From contig SKHH01000038.1 of assembly GCA_007117055.1 (NCBI GenBank), positions 1 to 47,447 on the forward strand: a DNA stretch of 47,447 bases, given 5' to 3'. The position numbers and the translations under genes were made by a program. Origin of the DNA: Lishizhenia sp. GTDB taxonomy: Bacteria; Bacteroidota; Bacteroidia; Flavobacteriales_D; Crocinitomicaceae. A model generated the notes under the pieces. It had not been told where the DNA came from, made no database searches, and saw nothing but the letters and a program-made list of their open reading frames with translations. Positions 46,502 through 47,447 of the stretch are shown piece by piece; the first letter of the stretch is position 1, and each line of letters opens with the position of its first letter.

Positions 46502-46556
46502 AATCACCAAACCAAACCTTAGCACTCATTAACAGTATAACACAACATCATTGAGC

Positions 46557-46682
46557 ATGGAGAATATTAAAGTCCTCAAGCAAGAAGCGAAAATCCTTTT
46601 GGAAAAAGGCGATGTAAACGGTCATATCGCCAAATTGATTGAAATTGACCAAGCCCAACAACGAATGTCAAGTGTAGCCTAA
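46557..46682 (+). CDS. small hypothetical protein (41 aa)
   Basis: MENIKVLKQEAKILLEKGDVNGHIAKL...; follows the last repeat. Confidence 0.65.
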   Translation: MENIKVLKQEAKILLEKGDVNGHIAKLIEIDQAQQRMSSVA

Positions 46683-47096
46683 TTTAAGCCCCTAAATAGC
46701 CCCTATGGACGTTGGGTGTTAATTAGCTCACACAACTGCCTATGGGGCTTTAAGGGCCTAAATAGACCCTTAAATAAGCGTATCAATAATAAGGCGCTAA
46801 AAAGGAAGTTGCTCTAGGGACCCCCCCGACCCCATCAAAATATTTTTCTCATATTTTTCACATCTTTTTCTGACCCCTTGATTTATTATCAGTGTGACTT
46901 CTTTTTGTTTCACATATCATTTGCATCACATTATAATATGATTTAGGCCCCACCCCCAAAGTTTTTTAGAGCGTGTAATTTAGGTTTTTGAAAATTTTTT
47001 TTCTGGTCAAATTTCTGATGTTTTTTTGACCTTTTATTTGTTTATAGAGGTTATTTGATTATTTACCATTACACACAAGTTAATACTAGGGGTTGT

Positions 47097-47447
47097 ATGA
47101 AAAATTTAAGAGCTCATATTAGGATGATTTTGGAGCAAGTCATGGAGGTTGCCAACCAGGTTGTTCAAGGGTTTGATTTGGATGTTTTCAGAGGGTTAAA
47201 GACTTTTAGGGAAAGGGTTGATTATTGTCAGCGTTCTTTGGTTCGGATTTCTTCTGGCAGTTCTAGGATTGTATATGATTTGGGTGATGGCAAAGTTTTA
47301 AAGATAGCCAGGAATAGAAAGGGTTTATCTCAGAACCAAAAAGAGGCTGCTTTATCGGATGATTGGGTATTTTCTTCTGAGGGGATAATTGCGAAGGTAT
47401 TGGATGAGGTTGAGAGTGGAGAGTGGATAATATCTGAGAAGGCCAGA
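47097..47447 (+). CDS. protein-kinase-like fold protein, runs off the right edge
   Basis: Absent from the ORF track: ISSGSSRIVYDLGDGKVLKIARNRKGLSQNQKEA (Gly-loop, VLK lysine, helix-C Glu). Confidence 0.7.
   Translation, partial: MKNLRAHIRMILEQVMEVANQVVQGFDLDVFRGLKTFRERVDYCQRSLVRISSGSSRIVYDLGDGKVLKIARNRKGLSQNQKEAALSDDWVFSSEGIIAKVLDEVESGEWIISEKAR

Larger units (their letters stand above)
941..46530. repeat. Dispersed ~34-bp bipartite repeat family (about 90 copies), roughly one per gene
   Basis: Plus-strand form AATGAGT-N11-GTTTGGTGGRTTTTA at about 941, 4091, 4599, 5135, 5931, 6358, 7013, 7450, 7927, 9824, 12680, 14724, 18200, 23470, 31316, 37001, 41994, 45132, 45318, 45391 and many more. Reverse orientation at about 33543, 42337, 44276, 45445, 45822, 46131 and 46504. 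Spacing is fixed and the spacer sequence varies. Confidence 0.97.

Noticed and set aside
941..46530. CRISPR array interpretation of the repeat family
   Set aside because: The intervening sequences are whole genes of 0.1-1 kb, the repeat centres vary, and no cas genes are visible.
941..46530. The bipartite repeat as an attC, dif/Xer or lox-type site
   Set aside because: It has no internal dyad symmetry; the asymmetric two-box layout and fixed distance to ATG fit a promoter better.
538..46682. Stop-codon reassignment as the explanation for short ORFs
   Set aside because: ORFs fill the inter-repeat intervals cleanly in the standard code, TAA, TAG and TGA all end genes at unit boundaries, and no suppressor tRNA is seen.

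Overview
An AT-rich region of a large dsDNA bacteriophage, probably with a Bacteroidota host (TAnnTTTG promoter, Bacteroidetes-like ECF sigma factor, A-rich leaders without Shine-Dalgarno sites). It looks like an early/accessory region of about 100 short ORFs, mostly of unknown function. Genes run leftward up to ~45.1 kb and rightward after ~45.4 kb. Most genes have their own copy of a ~34-bp bipartite element (gene strand: TAAAwYCCACCAAAC-N11-ACTCATT; about 90 copies by my manual count). The element starts at the previous gene's stop codon and often places the next ATG exactly 6 nt downstream, which suggests one-gene promoter cassettes making leaderless mRNAs. Four other systems sit inside the array. 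(1) A tRNA-Met plus three tRNA-Glu genes with a Glu-rich leader peptide and terminator/antiterminator, an apparent ribosome-mediated attenuator. (2) Integron attC-like cassettes with no integrase in the window, including a gene-less 150-bp cassette inserted at a G|TT inside one repeat copy. (3) An ECF sigma factor with a second promoter class, TGwAAC-N16-CGTw. (4) Three inverted repeat copies followed by a conserved hairpin. Recognisable proteins: ParB-like, ECF sigma, GP88-like, PAPS-reductase family, SprT-like, XRE HTH, MORN-variant repeat, Mg-chelatase/ComM-like fragment, L7/L12 C-terminal-like and kinase-like. All calls come from motif recognition by eye; no searches were run.
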